Virus record (IMG/VR): IMGVR_UViG_3300042520_001628
From: an uncultured virus (IMG/VR IMGVR_UViG_3300042520_001628)
Lineage: Duplodnaviria; Heunggongvirae; Uroviricota; Caudoviricetes
Direction: 5' to 3' (one strand)
Length of the DNA: 64,000 nucleotides
Of the stretch, positions 16,440 through 27,141 are shown one piece after another. Position 1 is the stretch's first letter. Every line of letters begins with the position of its first letter. The position numbers were made by a program, and so were the translations under genes. The notes beneath the pieces were generated by a model. It was given only the letters and a program-made list of their open reading frames with translations. It had not been told where the DNA came from and did no database searches.

Positions 16440-18199
16440 TGCCATCATATCCAAATTTAACACCAGATCTAGGCAAAATAAATTTTAGTGATATCAAAAC
16501 TAGTATCACTAATTATTTAAAAAATCAAGACTCCTTAAAAGACTTTAATTTTGAAGGGTCTGTAATGCAGACCCTGATTAATACTCTAGCATATAACACA
16601 TATTATTATGCATTTTATGGAAATATGATTGCAAATGAATCTTTCTTAGATTCAGCTCAAAGAATTGATTCTTTAATTTCATTAACAAAACCTTTAGGAT
16701 ATTTTATTCCCCTAAAAACCTCAGCAAAAGCTGTTGTTAATGTTTCTGGTCTAATATTAGATATACCACAATTTGCATCTTTTAGGGGACTAAATTCTGA
16801 CGGTATTGTTTATAATTTTTACACAATAAAATCTTATGATGGGACTTCTGGACAAGCCCTTGATGTAGAAATATACGAGGGGAATCTTGTTAAAAACTTA
16901 GAAGTAACCAATTTATTTGATAACATAAAACAAAGATTTTTTATAAATGATACAAATCTTGATGCATCAACTATAAAAGTTAGGGTTGCAAGAAATGGTC
17001 AAAATGTAACAACATCAGCAACTGAGTGGAGTTTGGTTGATACCTTTGGTTCAATTCCTGTAATAAATCAAGATGTATTTTATCTGGAAAGAGCCAATAA
17101 TGGTGTTTACGTTACTTTTGGAAAAATAAACAGCCTTGGAAATTCTGTAGATGGAAATGCAGATAAAATCTTTATAGATTATTTAAGTTCTAGCGGTGCG
17201 GCTGCAAATGATATATCAGCTTTTTCTTTAACAGAACCAGATATAGCAGGAAATGTTGGTATTGGTTTGGTTCAGAAATCTCAGGGTGGTTTGGATGAGC
17301 CAGATATTGATCTGGTTAAATTTGCAGCACCAAAAGCTTTCGGAGCACAAAACAGAGCAGTAACCAAAGACGATATTAAAGCTTTGATCGCTCCATTTTT
17401 CCAATCACCAAACGATTTTAATGTTTTTGGTGGTGATGAAATCTTCCCACAGAGATTCGGGAGAGTATTTTTCACTGCTAATTTAAATCCAAATAATGAT
17501 GAAGATGCTTTAAAAATACAAAATATTTACAATATTTTATTAGATAAATGTGTAGTTACTGTTTTACCAGAATTCACACTACCTAAAAATCTCACCATTT
17601 TAAATGATGTTACAATGAGATTTACCACAACAAGATCCACCTCTTCACCAGCATCAGATCAAAATATTAAAAATGGCGTGAAGAATATTTTATTGAATAA
17701 CTATAATTCCTCTGGTTCATATAATTTTGAATTCAAAGCAACGGATGCTATAACTGATATCCAGGAACAATACCCAGATGTCATAATAGAATCAAATGAT
17801 TTTAGAATATATTATAGAGAAACTTTTACAAATAATGGTTTGATAACGATTAACCTAGAAAATGAACTTGATATACCATATTTTATAGACTATGACATAA
17901 CAGGTGAATTTAAAAATAAATCAAATGTCACTGTAAAATTAGTGGCTTATTACACACCAGCCCAAAATAAATTTGCGTTCTTTAATTTAAAAACACTAAA
18001 GAAAAATTCTGATGGTACTTTTAGCCCATCAACTGAAGTCTTGGGTAGAATTAATGTTAAAAAAGGAATTATAGAAATTTACGATAAACGTCTATCTGGA
18101 ACTTCAGTTTCAGTAGAAATTGATTTTAAAAATAGTTATTTTAAGTCAACAACAAACAGTTTAGTATCTTTTATAACAAATTCAGTAGAAATTAACTAA
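16439..18199 (+). CDS. 6: Baseplate wedge protein gp6
   Basis: 'DFNFEGS...LAYNTYY.AFY.NMIANESFLDSAQ', 'AQNRAVT..D', 'VFGGDE'. Confidence 0.93.
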   Translation: MPSYPNLTPDLGKINFSDIKTSITNYLKNQDSLKDFNFEGSVMQTLINTLAYNTYYYAFYGNMIANESFLDSAQRIDSLISLTKPLGYFIPLKTSAKAVVNVSGLILDIPQFASFRGLNSDGIVYNFYTIKSYDGTSGQALDVEIYEGNLVKNLEVTNLFDNIKQRFFINDTNLDASTIKVRVARNGQNVTTSATEWSLVDTFGSIPVINQDVFYLERANNGVYVTFGKINSLGNSVDGNADKIFIDYLSSSGAAANDISAFSLTEPDIAGNVGIGLVQKSQGGLDEPDIDLVKFAAPKAFGAQNRAVTKDDIKALIAPFFQSPNDFNVFGGDEIFPQRFGRVFFTANLNPNNDEDALKIQNIYNILLDKCVVTVLPEFTLPKNLTILNDVTMRFTTTRSTSSPASDQNIKNGVKNILLNNYNSSGSYNFEFKATDAITDIQEQYPDVIIESNDFRIYYRETFTNNGLITINLENELDIPYFIDYDITGEFKNKSNVTVKLVAYYTPAQNKFAFFNLKTLKKNSDGTFSPSTEVLGRINVKKGIIEIYDKRLSGTSVSVEIDFKNSYFKSTTNSLVSFITNSVEIN

Positions 18200-19404
18200 T
18201 GATATCCGGTTTCAGTAACAATGCCATAAAAAATATAAATCATACCCTTGATGGGTTTTTGAATACTATTTTATCGGACTATGATGAAAAATTTCCACAA
18301 AATGTTCAAGAATCAATAACGCAGAGAGCAACATCAGGTACTGAAATTGATATAGACTCAATTACAGGAACTTCATGCACTACTAATTTTGATATAAGTA
18401 GATTGATTCCTACGTGGGTCGTTCGTGAAAAAAATGCTCTAGAAGCTTCTGGTGAAACTAATGTTATTTCTGTATTTGATTTCTTACAGAAATATTATGA
18501 TTGGCTTTATTGTGATGCTGAGGATGGAGCACAATATTCTTTATCAAATAGTCTTTTGGATGTTATTGATGTTCAAAAAACAAGAGAAGAATTCTTAAAA
18601 AGAATTTATTCTGTATATTTTAATTCATTTCCATATGATGATGTTAAAAATAATCAAAATATAGTTTTTGATTTACAAAATGCTAGAGATTTTATAGTTA
18701 ATATAAGAACTTCTTTACATAAAAGAAAAACAAATAAAGAAGCAATTCGTTATTTCTTCAATAGACTATTTTCTATATCAGAAGAAGATATAGAAATATA
18801 TTTTCCTAAAAAAGATATTTTACGTCTTAATGGTGGTATGTTTTCAAATAATCAGTTTGCATTTATATCAGCAACTGGGGATTATGAAAAAACTAATACA
18901 TTGGGATCTGGTTTAAATATATCAAGATTTCAAGATAATGATTGGTTTCATGATTGGTCTTATCTAATATTCTTGGGTCATACACAAGATACAAAAGATT
19001 TAAAAGATGCATATGTTCAATCATTACATCCAGCTGGATTAAGACTAGTTTTTGGTAAGCAAATATCAGATTATCAAGGACCGGGTATTCCTGATGAAGC
19101 TTCCAGAGTTTGTGAATATCCATTACTTAAAAATTATGCTCCTTATCAAATGGGTTCTACATATCCATTTATAGGAAATGCTTTTGGTTTTAGTTTATTT
19201 GGAATTTCTGGTTGTTCTGGATGTCTTGGTACATTTACAACACCAACAGCAACATTAGGGTTTACTGGACCAACTCATGTTATGCCTACATGGTATGGAT
19301 TAAATCAACCATTTTTTGACATAAATATTTTAAGTTTCATTTATATGTGTTATGACTCTGGTGTGACTAGTCCAAACGAATTTAAGACTTGCGAGAATTG
19401 CTAA
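18199..19404 (+). CDS. Baseplate wedge protein, gp7-like
   Basis: 'FLQKYYDWL', 'RYFFNRLF...IYFPKKDILRL', 'QD..W..DWSY', 'LHPAGLRLVFG'; between gp6 and gp8. Confidence 0.7.
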   Translation: MISGFSNNAIKNINHTLDGFLNTILSDYDEKFPQNVQESITQRATSGTEIDIDSITGTSCTTNFDISRLIPTWVVREKNALEASGETNVISVFDFLQKYYDWLYCDAEDGAQYSLSNSLLDVIDVQKTREEFLKRIYSVYFNSFPYDDVKNNQNIVFDLQNARDFIVNIRTSLHKRKTNKEAIRYFFNRLFSISEEDIEIYFPKKDILRLNGGMFSNNQFAFISATGDYEKTNTLGSGLNISRFQDNDWFHDWSYLIFLGHTQDTKDLKDAYVQSLHPAGLRLVFGKQISDYQGPGIPDEASRVCEYPLLKNYAPYQMGSTYPFIGNAFGFSLFGISGCSGCLGTFTTPTATLGFTGPTHVMPTWYGLNQPFFDINILSFIYMCYDSGVTSPNEFKTCENC

Positions 19405-21131
19405 TGGCAAATAAATCAACTATTTTAAAGAACTATTTGCAAGATATTGGTACTAAAAATCAATTATTTTTTATGTTTGGTAAAACACCAAATACGATAG
19501 CCAGTAATACAGATGAAACTGCTATTGATGTATGGAAAAATTCAGATCTTTCTTTTAAGGTAGCAAGAAAAGACTCTATAGCAGTTATTTCTAAGATAGA
19601 ATGGTCTTCTGGTAATGTCTATAATACTTGGTCAACAAAAACTGTGAATACAGGATCTTATTATGCATGGAATAAAGTAAATGGTATAGTTTATCTTTGT
19701 ATTTCAAATAATGGATTAAATAGAAAAGATTTATCTTTAAGTAACGCATCAACTCAAATACCAAGCCATTCTTATGGTTTGGCTTCTTATTCGGATGGAT
19801 ATACCTGGCTTCCTTTATATAAAATAACAGCAGATCTATTAAGATTTGTCACTTCTTCATGGATGCCAGTTATTTCTTTTGATGATTACAGATTAAATGA
19901 AACTTCAAGATATACACAAGCACAAAAATTTTGTACAAATGATCAATCAGCAAAAGGAAACTGTGCTGTTTATTTCAAGAAAACTACACAAATACCATCA
20001 ACATCCACAACATTTAGCACCAATAATAAAGGTACTAAGTATACAACAATTTCTGATTTAGACTGTAGTCTTTGCTATTATCTTTACGAAGGAAGCGATT
20101 CTTTCGTTACTTATTTTTCAACAGGTACTCCACCAATAACTTTATCAATAAAGGATAGATTCGATGAAGTTTCAGAATTAGTTGAAAATAAAACAATATC
20201 CCCATCATCTGCATATTATGCACTATATCAAATAGCAAATAATGGTTTAGATGATGGTGCTTTAGTTTCTGCTTTAATTGATCTAAGTAATTTTAATGAA
20301 GAAGACTTAGTAGTAACTGAAGCAAATCCATTAATTACTACATCAAGTGGTACTGGTACTGGTGCGTCATTGAGATTTACAACCTATGTAAATATTGATG
20401 GTGAGTATATCATAAATGGTGTTGAGATTTTAAATACTGGTTCTGGTTATAGAGACTTAACGCTTTCGATTAGCAGCTCCAAGTTTGTTTATCTTAATTC
20501 TATTGAAATTGACTCTTTATTACAATCTATTGAGCTAAATTTAGATACAATAGATGGTTTAAATTTCGACCCAGTTTCGGCTCTAGGTGCTGAGAATATC
20601 ATGTTTGATATTAGACTTGAAACAAATTCTATGGTTCAGGATGGAGTAGTTATTCCAGATGAAATTAATTTTTATGGATTAGTTGAAAATCCTATAGAAA
20701 ATATTGGTTCTGGACTCGAAATTATTGCTGGATCTCAATATGGTAAAGATTTATCCTATACTGAACCAACCACAACAAAAGTTGAGTTGTTATCCGGTAC
20801 ACCCCCGAAAAACTATGGTAGAACATCAATAACAACAACAACTGGTAAAACTATAACTGATGCTAGTATTATTAATCTGAGTAGCAGTGGTGGTTTTACA
20901 AGAGCTGATTTAGCTGGTATTAATTATGATGACGCACAAACTTTACAGACATTAACTATAGATTCTGTTGTTTATACTGTTAAACAAATTATAGATTACC
21001 CAGTATTGAAGCAGTATACAGGAAAGGTAGCACAAAGTAAAAAATTGGCTTCTCCTTTAATTCTTGGTAATGCTGATAATGATAATCAAAATACTAAAAT
21101 ATTTCGTATAAATATCGTAAAAGGATTTTAA
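19404..21131 (+). CDS. 8: Baseplate wedge protein gp8
   Basis: 'WSSGNVY', 'VYLCISN', 'DGYTWLPLYKI', 'FVTSSWMPV'; synteny. Confidence 0.8.
   Translation: MANKSTILKNYLQDIGTKNQLFFMFGKTPNTIASNTDETAIDVWKNSDLSFKVARKDSIAVISKIEWSSGNVYNTWSTKTVNTGSYYAWNKVNGIVYLCISNNGLNRKDLSLSNASTQIPSHSYGLASYSDGYTWLPLYKITADLLRFVTSSWMPVISFDDYRLNETSRYTQAQKFCTNDQSAKGNCAVYFKKTTQIPSTSTTFSTNNKGTKYTTISDLDCSLCYYLYEGSDSFVTYFSTGTPPITLSIKDRFDEVSELVENKTISPSSAYYALYQIANNGLDDGALVSALIDLSNFNEEDLVVTEANPLITTSSGTGTGASLRFTTYVNIDGEYIINGVEILNTGSGYRDLTLSISSSKFVYLNSIEIDSLLQSIELNLDTIDGLNFDPVSALGAENIMFDIRLETNSMVQDGVVIPDEINFYGLVENPIENIGSGLEIIAGSQYGKDLSYTEPTTTKVELLSGTPPKNYGRTSITTTTGKTITDASIINLSSSGGFTRADLAGINYDDAQTLQTLTIDSVVYTVKQIIDYPVLKQYTGKVAQSKKLASPLILGNADNDNQNTKIFRINIVKGF
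21107..21114 (+). promoter_or_regulatory. T4-type late promoter
   Basis: TATAAATA followed by AAGGA SD and ATG 21132. Confidence 0.65.
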
Positions 21132-21842
21132 ATGGCATTAGCACCTTTTGGTGATCAATTCCCACTCGCAGATGATTCTGGTGTTTACAACTCCAGAATT
21201 TCTGAATTTCTTTCAAGACCAGTAAACTATGTTTTTACTGGTTATAAGCCAGGTTATGCTTTACAGGCTTCCGAGCTTAATGAATTACAAGAACAATTCT
21301 TTCTTCAACAAACTTTGTCAAATAGATGTATTTTTAATTGGTTGACTTATACTGGCACACCAAAACCTTTTTGGGAAGGCTGCACACCATTTACACCAAC
21401 ACAAATAACAGCATCAAGTTTCGGTTCTGATATTCGAATAAGTCTATCTGGTGGATGGTATTATATTACAGATAAAAGCTATTCTTCTGGTGGTGTATCT
21501 GTAAATTCTGGTCTTGGTTTCTGGGTTTATAGTTCTGCTTTAACATTAAATACTCCTAAATCTGGAATTTCTACAAACACACTAAGCCCATCAAAAATAG
21601 GTTTAATATATTCATTTACTTCCGTAAATACATCTCAAGACGAAACATTGAATGATAATTCAAATTCGACCAATGTAATAATGGAAGTTCCAGGTGCGGA
21701 TAGAATTTTAGTATCTGATTTAGAAATACAAAAATATACTTCACAGACAGTTTTCTCTGATATCTTGACAATAGTAAATACCTCTGGATCTTATTTGGTT
21801 AAATATCTAGACGGAACAACAGTAGCAACAATTAACGGATAA
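21132..21842 (+). CDS. Baseplate/fibre attachment protein (short DUF4815/VrlC-like)
   Basis: 'KPGYALQASELNELQ' and 'LNDNS...PGADR' motifs typical of the protein following gp8 in marine T4-like phages. Confidence 0.6.
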   Translation: MALAPFGDQFPLADDSGVYNSRISEFLSRPVNYVFTGYKPGYALQASELNELQEQFFLQQTLSNRCIFNWLTYTGTPKPFWEGCTPFTPTQITASSFGSDIRISLSGGWYYITDKSYSSGGVSVNSGLGFWVYSSALTLNTPKSGISTNTLSPSKIGLIYSFTSVNTSQDETLNDNSNSTNVIMEVPGADRILVSDLEIQKYTSQTVFSDILTIVNTSGSYLVKYLDGTTVATING

Positions 21843-21846
21843 TAAG

Positions 21847-24342
21847 ATGACCATAGATAAAGACTATATCATAAATGACTTAGGATCAAATAGTACTTTC
21901 TACGATTGGTTTATCAAAGAAAATACTGAAATTATAGAAAAGCTTAATATGTTGAAGGTATTCAACATAGAAGGTGTTAATGGTATTACAGCTCCTGTTG
22001 CCACAAACGGTGTTGCTTCTATTGGTTTAAGTGGTAAAGTAGATGATGGTATTTCTTTTAATGGTCCAGCATACTTTAATAATTTTGCAGCAATTCCAAA
22101 TATTGCGGTGAAAGTACCACAAATTAATTCAACAGTTGGTGGTTTTACTTTTGGTACACCCGTTCGTGTATATTGGGATACAGCAACTAATAGTGTAAAA
22201 TATGACCCAGCAAGAGCAAATGATCCAGATCAAGCAGAAGTTATGGGTGTTATATCCTCAATAACTTCAACACATGCTTATGTTACACTATTAGGAAAAA
22301 TTGATGGGGATTTTAGTCAAGTAAATACGAGAGGTATTGGTCTTACTGCTGGTTGGATTTATTTCTTGGACCCAGGAGTTACTGGAAATATAACAGATTT
22401 TGAACCAGTAGCTACTGGATATGTTTCAAAACCAGTAATCATGGGTTTAACTGGAGATTCTGGTCTTGTACTTCAGATGCGTGGTAACTATTTAAATCCT
22501 TTATCCATACCAGCTGGAATATCTGGATCAAATTCTATTATATTAGCATGTGATGCTGATTTAAGACCAAAAGTAGATGTTGGTATCTTTGTATCAATGT
22601 ATACTATGTCGAATACTCAGAAAAATAATTATTTTTCTGCAAGACGAGATATTAATGGAGATCCACTCGAATCTATTCCTGTTGCTAAAATTTTAAATAC
22701 CTTGATACCTGGTACTCCTCAAAGAAATATTTATTTAGCACCATCCCTAGCATCAGTATCAAATGGATATTATTCAGAATTTCTAGAGGAAAGATTAATA
22801 GATTTTGATGGATTTCATATTCTTGGTATAATAGAAGAAATTACTACAGATGGTACTTATTTTTATTATAAAATTTTAACAAATGGATTTACAACTACAT
22901 TACCAAAAGGTTTAAAAGATTATTATAATTTTACTGCTGACATAAATAAGAATCATGTTATTTATTTAAGTAGTTTTTATGATCCATCTTTAGAAATTGA
23001 TTTTTTAATTACAGCATTTGATGGTGATGAAATTAATTTACAGTGTTTAAGTGATCCTGCTAATGTAACTTCACATTGTAGAGTTGGATTTTTATATGGT
23101 GATAAATTTTTAGTATCTATTCAGGATTCACCAACATCATCAAAATTCTATTGCGATTACTATGAGTGTAATAGCTCTGGGATTCTGGCACAAAGTACAT
23201 CTATAAACAATGGATCAGCTAATAATATTTTAATTAATGGTAATTTTAATATATGGCAAAGAAATAATATAGGTAAATATAATTCTTATACAAATACAGG
23301 AAATATTATTTTTGCTGATATGTGGAGAAGACGTGATGGAATTACTGGTGATAATTCCACTAAAAGTTATTATATAGTAAGAAGATCTTTAGATGAGTAT
23401 CAAACAGATATAGAAGGAAATCCTGAATATTATATCGATGTAAAAGCCATAGGATTATCGGCGCAAGGTATATCCGGTATTTCTGGTGGATATACTTTAT
23501 CCGATCATTTCACTATAGGACATGTTATTCCCGGTGCAAAATATTTTGATAAAAATACTCTTAAATTTAAATTTTATGGAAAATGTTCATCTAGTGGTTA
23601 TCCGGTAGATGTATATTTAAGTAGATATTCTGGAAATCAATTAATTGATTATATCAATTTGGGTACTATTTCATTAACAAGTACATGGGACTATTATAAT
23701 GTAAGTTACTATGTACCAGAGTTGGAAAATAATGGAGTTGCTATAGATTTAGAAAATGATTATTGTGAAATTGGTGTAGATTTAATCAGATCTATAGAAT
23801 TAGCAAATATAAATGGTATAACATTAGGACAAGATTTATATTTTAGTTTAGCTTCTTTTTCTGCAAATGTTGGATCATATCCGGCATCTATTTATCCAGA
23901 TTATCCAGAACAACTAAAATATTGCCAACAATTTTATTATTCTACTTATGATAAGGATCAGAATATTGGTACACAAACAATGTCCGATATTACTACACCT
24001 ACTCAAAATGTAGAATCTATTTTCTTACAACCAAATAAATCTTGTAATTTATTCAAATGGCCAACACGAATGAGAGTTGCGCCGAGTGTAACTTTCTATT
24101 CACCTTATAGTGGTTTGTCTGGAAGAGCCTATAATAAAACAGCAAGTACTGAATCAACACAATTTGATACAATAAATACATCTGGTACTATTGGATACAA
24201 TAATCAAATCAGAAATGGTAATAATGCATCTATTTCTGGTACACCAACAGTACATGGAGTAAATGTATGTCTGTCTAATGGTTATGTTCTTTATGATGAA
24301 GTTCACTTCCATATAATAGCAGATGCAGATTTTACACTTTGA
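21847..24342 (+). CDS. Tail fibre/receptor-binding-like protein
   Basis: N-term 'TFYDWFIKEN'; domain shared with the next two ORFs; C-terminal 'NILINGNFNIWQR...LKYCQQFYY...MRVAPSVT' fibre-type domain. Confidence 0.65.
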   Translation: MTIDKDYIINDLGSNSTFYDWFIKENTEIIEKLNMLKVFNIEGVNGITAPVATNGVASIGLSGKVDDGISFNGPAYFNNFAAIPNIAVKVPQINSTVGGFTFGTPVRVYWDTATNSVKYDPARANDPDQAEVMGVISSITSTHAYVTLLGKIDGDFSQVNTRGIGLTAGWIYFLDPGVTGNITDFEPVATGYVSKPVIMGLTGDSGLVLQMRGNYLNPLSIPAGISGSNSIILACDADLRPKVDVGIFVSMYTMSNTQKNNYFSARRDINGDPLESIPVAKILNTLIPGTPQRNIYLAPSLASVSNGYYSEFLEERLIDFDGFHILGIIEEITTDGTYFYYKILTNGFTTTLPKGLKDYYNFTADINKNHVIYLSSFYDPSLEIDFLITAFDGDEINLQCLSDPANVTSHCRVGFLYGDKFLVSIQDSPTSSKFYCDYYECNSSGILAQSTSINNGSANNILINGNFNIWQRNNIGKYNSYTNTGNIIFADMWRRRDGITGDNSTKSYYIVRRSLDEYQTDIEGNPEYYIDVKAIGLSAQGISGISGGYTLSDHFTIGHVIPGAKYFDKNTLKFKFYGKCSSSGYPVDVYLSRYSGNQLIDYINLGTISLTSTWDYYNVSYYVPELENNGVAIDLENDYCEIGVDLIRSIELANINGITLGQDLYFSLASFSANVGSYPASIYPDYPEQLKYCQQFYYSTYDKDQNIGTQTMSDITTPTQNVESIFLQPNKSCNLFKWPTRMRVAPSVTFYSPYSGLSGRAYNKTASTESTQFDTINTSGTIGYNNQIRNGNNASISGTPTVHGVNVCLSNGYVLYDEVHFHIIADADFTL

Positions 24343-24350
24343 GGTAGCTA

Positions 24351-24845
24351 ATGCCATCAGCAAGTAACACAAGTAATAGTTCAAATATAAAATCAACTAT
24401 AATCAATACTACAGTTACTCAAGCTGTTGGTTCTAGATTATTTGTTATATTAGAAGATAACCCAGAAGGATTCTTAGCACCTGGTCTTACTGGTGGTGAT
24501 GTAATTCGATATGATGTAACATTAAATGGTTATACAAGAGCATCCGCTGATTCTATCTCAAATTCTGAAGTATTTGGTGTTGTAGAAAAAGTAAATTCTG
24601 ATAATTCGATTGTTGTAGTAACATATGGAAGTATAAATTTACCAGATAATAAAATTATTGATATTAATGGATTTAATTATGGTGGTAATGATATTTACTT
24701 TTTAAGTGCTGATAATCCTGGTTATTTACAAAATTTACCACCATCTTCTATCGGACAAGTTATAAAACCAGTATATCAAGTAGCTCCAACAACAACTGGA
24801 ACAGGTTCTGTAGTAAATTACGTTGGTTATGTGATACAGGAATAA
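24351..24845 (+). CDS. Small structural protein, single copy of a domain shared with both neighbours
   Basis: GAGG SD; 'GGDVIRYD...ASADS..NSEVFGVVE...GSI...YFLS..PG.L...PP....IKPVY'. Confidence 0.65.
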   Translation: MPSASNTSNSSNIKSTIINTTVTQAVGSRLFVILEDNPEGFLAPGLTGGDVIRYDVTLNGYTRASADSISNSEVFGVVEKVNSDNSIVVVTYGSINLPDNKIIDINGFNYGGNDIYFLSADNPGYLQNLPPSSIGQVIKPVYQVAPTTTGTGSVVNYVGYVIQE

Positions 24846-24849
24846 TAAT

Positions 24850-27141
24850 ATGAGTTTAGATGGAAATTATTCAACTATAAATCAGAACATATCTTACTTT
24901 AAAGTCGAAGAAGGAATTTCATCTAGAATTATTGTTTCTATACCATATCAAAAATATGATACAGGAATAACAGGTGGAGATGTTATCTTTTTTGATAATT
25001 CATCTGGCCCTGTAAATGGAACTTATAGAAAATCAAAAGCAGATAGTCCGAATATAGCAGAAGTTTTTGGTATTGTTGAATCATCAAACGGAGATACTGG
25101 TGATATTAATGTAGTCATCTCTGGTTCAATAAATCTACCTACACGTAATATTTTTAATACTAACAATTCACCATTGAATTTAGGAAGTAATGATGTTTAT
25201 TTTTTAAGTGGACAGACTGCTGGTGCTTTAGAAAATTATCCACCAACAACAGAAAATTATATAATAAAACCAATTTATTTAAATGCACCACATGGTTCAT
25301 TTACTGGCTTGGTTAGAAATTACTTAGGATTTAAAAATCCAGAAACATTTTCTCCAGTACAAACATTATCTACATTTTCAGAGGATATGTCGAAATCTTT
25401 AACATATAACGAAACTACCCAAAGATTTATTATTTATGATATAACTTATTCATCAAATACATTTAATAGTACAGAAAAATATGTATTTGATAAATTTGAT
25501 CTAGAAATAGCAGCTTCTCAAAATATAGATTTTCTTTTAACCTCAGATTATGATTCTAAAATTTCTGATGATGGTAAACATATATTATTGTTCGGAAAAC
25601 CATCAAAGAAAATTTATTACATTTATATTAACAATTTAAATGATATTCAATTAAAGGCAACTATTGATGTTGATCTTGTTGGAAATCCAGATGATTTATT
25701 ATGGGCGGTTGATAATGAAGTAACATGCTTTACTGTTGGTACTAGATCATTAGACAGAGCAGCAGACAGATATGATACGCAAATAAATGCATATCAATTA
25801 TCATCTAAAATTGAATACTGGAAAAGAAATGTAAATAATACATCAAGTCCTTTTAGGTGGAGAAGAACATTTAACCAACAAGCATTTGGAAATGTTGATT
25901 CTAAGCCATTATCATTTAATAGTGAGAATTCTATTTCATTTCTAGATACTTATATCGATGGTGGTCTTCATCGTGTTAATGATATTTTTTGTAAAAATAA
26001 AAATTTTTGTTTATCATGTATCACATTAATAGAAGATCAAATTTCATATAAAAGTAAAATAGCACCTTTTACATACCTTAGATATGATGATGATATTTTC
26101 AATCTTCAATATACCGAAGGTTTGACAAATATGGTAAATCCAATAAATGATGATATTATATCAATTCCCGCAGCTACCAATATAAGTGTTAATTCAAATC
26201 ATACCGAAAATGCAGATTTACCAGAAAATAAAAAATATTGTTGTACATTTGGTATTGATCAATTTAGAATTTTAAATAAAATTAATAATTATTATCATGA
26301 AGACATGAGTTATAAAAAGAAAAATTTTAGATATGATATGGTTGCAGCATTACCAAGTAATTTAGTTTCTGGTACTAATGCATATGGATACAATGATTAT
26401 GGTTCAGGTGGTATTAATTGGTCACGTCCTGGTAGAACTTTATCCAATTCAATAAAACAATTAAATCAATTAACATCCTTACAACAAACAACTGATGTAA
26501 TATTTAATTTTGAAAGCATAGAGTCAGTAGGATTATTTACAAGACCATACTATTCTAGAAATGGTTTGGTTTCAAGATGTTGCTCTACAGATACATTTAG
26601 TCTTTTTGCTTTTTTATATGAATATCAACATGAGGGAGATGTGAATAAAAAACAATTAATCATTACAAAATATCCATTTAATGCTTTTGATAATTTGAAT
26701 GTTTTTTATCATTATTCTCCATCAGAAGTACATAAAAGATTATTACCAGATGATGGTACTGGTTATGGTTATATAACATCTTTTAAATCTACTGATTTGG
26801 GTCTTACTTTTAATGGTCAATATGCAAGTAGATTAGGGGCTGGCTATGGCACAGAAAAAATTCCATGTTCATTTTCAACAGATCAAACAATAACATCTAT
26901 AAATATAAATTCTTTAAATAATTTTTCTTTTTGGTGTTCAAATGAAAGATTTTTTATAATAACATCAAATAAAGTTTTAATATGGGAATTCGCATCATCA
27001 ACATATAATATTATTGATTACGATAATTTAGATAAAGCAAATTTTTATAATAATAATGATGGTGAATTTTTCGTATTAAATAATTTTGTTTTTAGATATA
27101 ATTCATCGACAATTTCATTTGATATTCAGGATTTAAATTAA
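24850..27141 (+). CDS. Structural protein: shared N-terminal domain plus beta-rich (possibly propeller) C-terminus
   Basis: N-term paralogous to 24351..24845; 'SKISDDGKHILLF' blade-like segment. Confidence 0.55.
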   Translation: MSLDGNYSTINQNISYFKVEEGISSRIIVSIPYQKYDTGITGGDVIFFDNSSGPVNGTYRKSKADSPNIAEVFGIVESSNGDTGDINVVISGSINLPTRNIFNTNNSPLNLGSNDVYFLSGQTAGALENYPPTTENYIIKPIYLNAPHGSFTGLVRNYLGFKNPETFSPVQTLSTFSEDMSKSLTYNETTQRFIIYDITYSSNTFNSTEKYVFDKFDLEIAASQNIDFLLTSDYDSKISDDGKHILLFGKPSKKIYYIYINNLNDIQLKATIDVDLVGNPDDLLWAVDNEVTCFTVGTRSLDRAADRYDTQINAYQLSSKIEYWKRNVNNTSSPFRWRRTFNQQAFGNVDSKPLSFNSENSISFLDTYIDGGLHRVNDIFCKNKNFCLSCITLIEDQISYKSKIAPFTYLRYDDDIFNLQYTEGLTNMVNPINDDIISIPAATNISVNSNHTENADLPENKKYCCTFGIDQFRILNKINNYYHEDMSYKKKNFRYDMVAALPSNLVSGTNAYGYNDYGSGGINWSRPGRTLSNSIKQLNQLTSLQQTTDVIFNFESIESVGLFTRPYYSRNGLVSRCCSTDTFSLFAFLYEYQHEGDVNKKQLIITKYPFNAFDNLNVFYHYSPSEVHKRLLPDDGTGYGYITSFKSTDLGLTFNGQYASRLGAGYGTEKIPCSFSTDQTITSININSLNNFSFWCSNERFFIITSNKVLIWEFASSTYNIIDYDNLDKANFYNNNDGEFFVLNNFVFRYNSSTISFDIQDLN

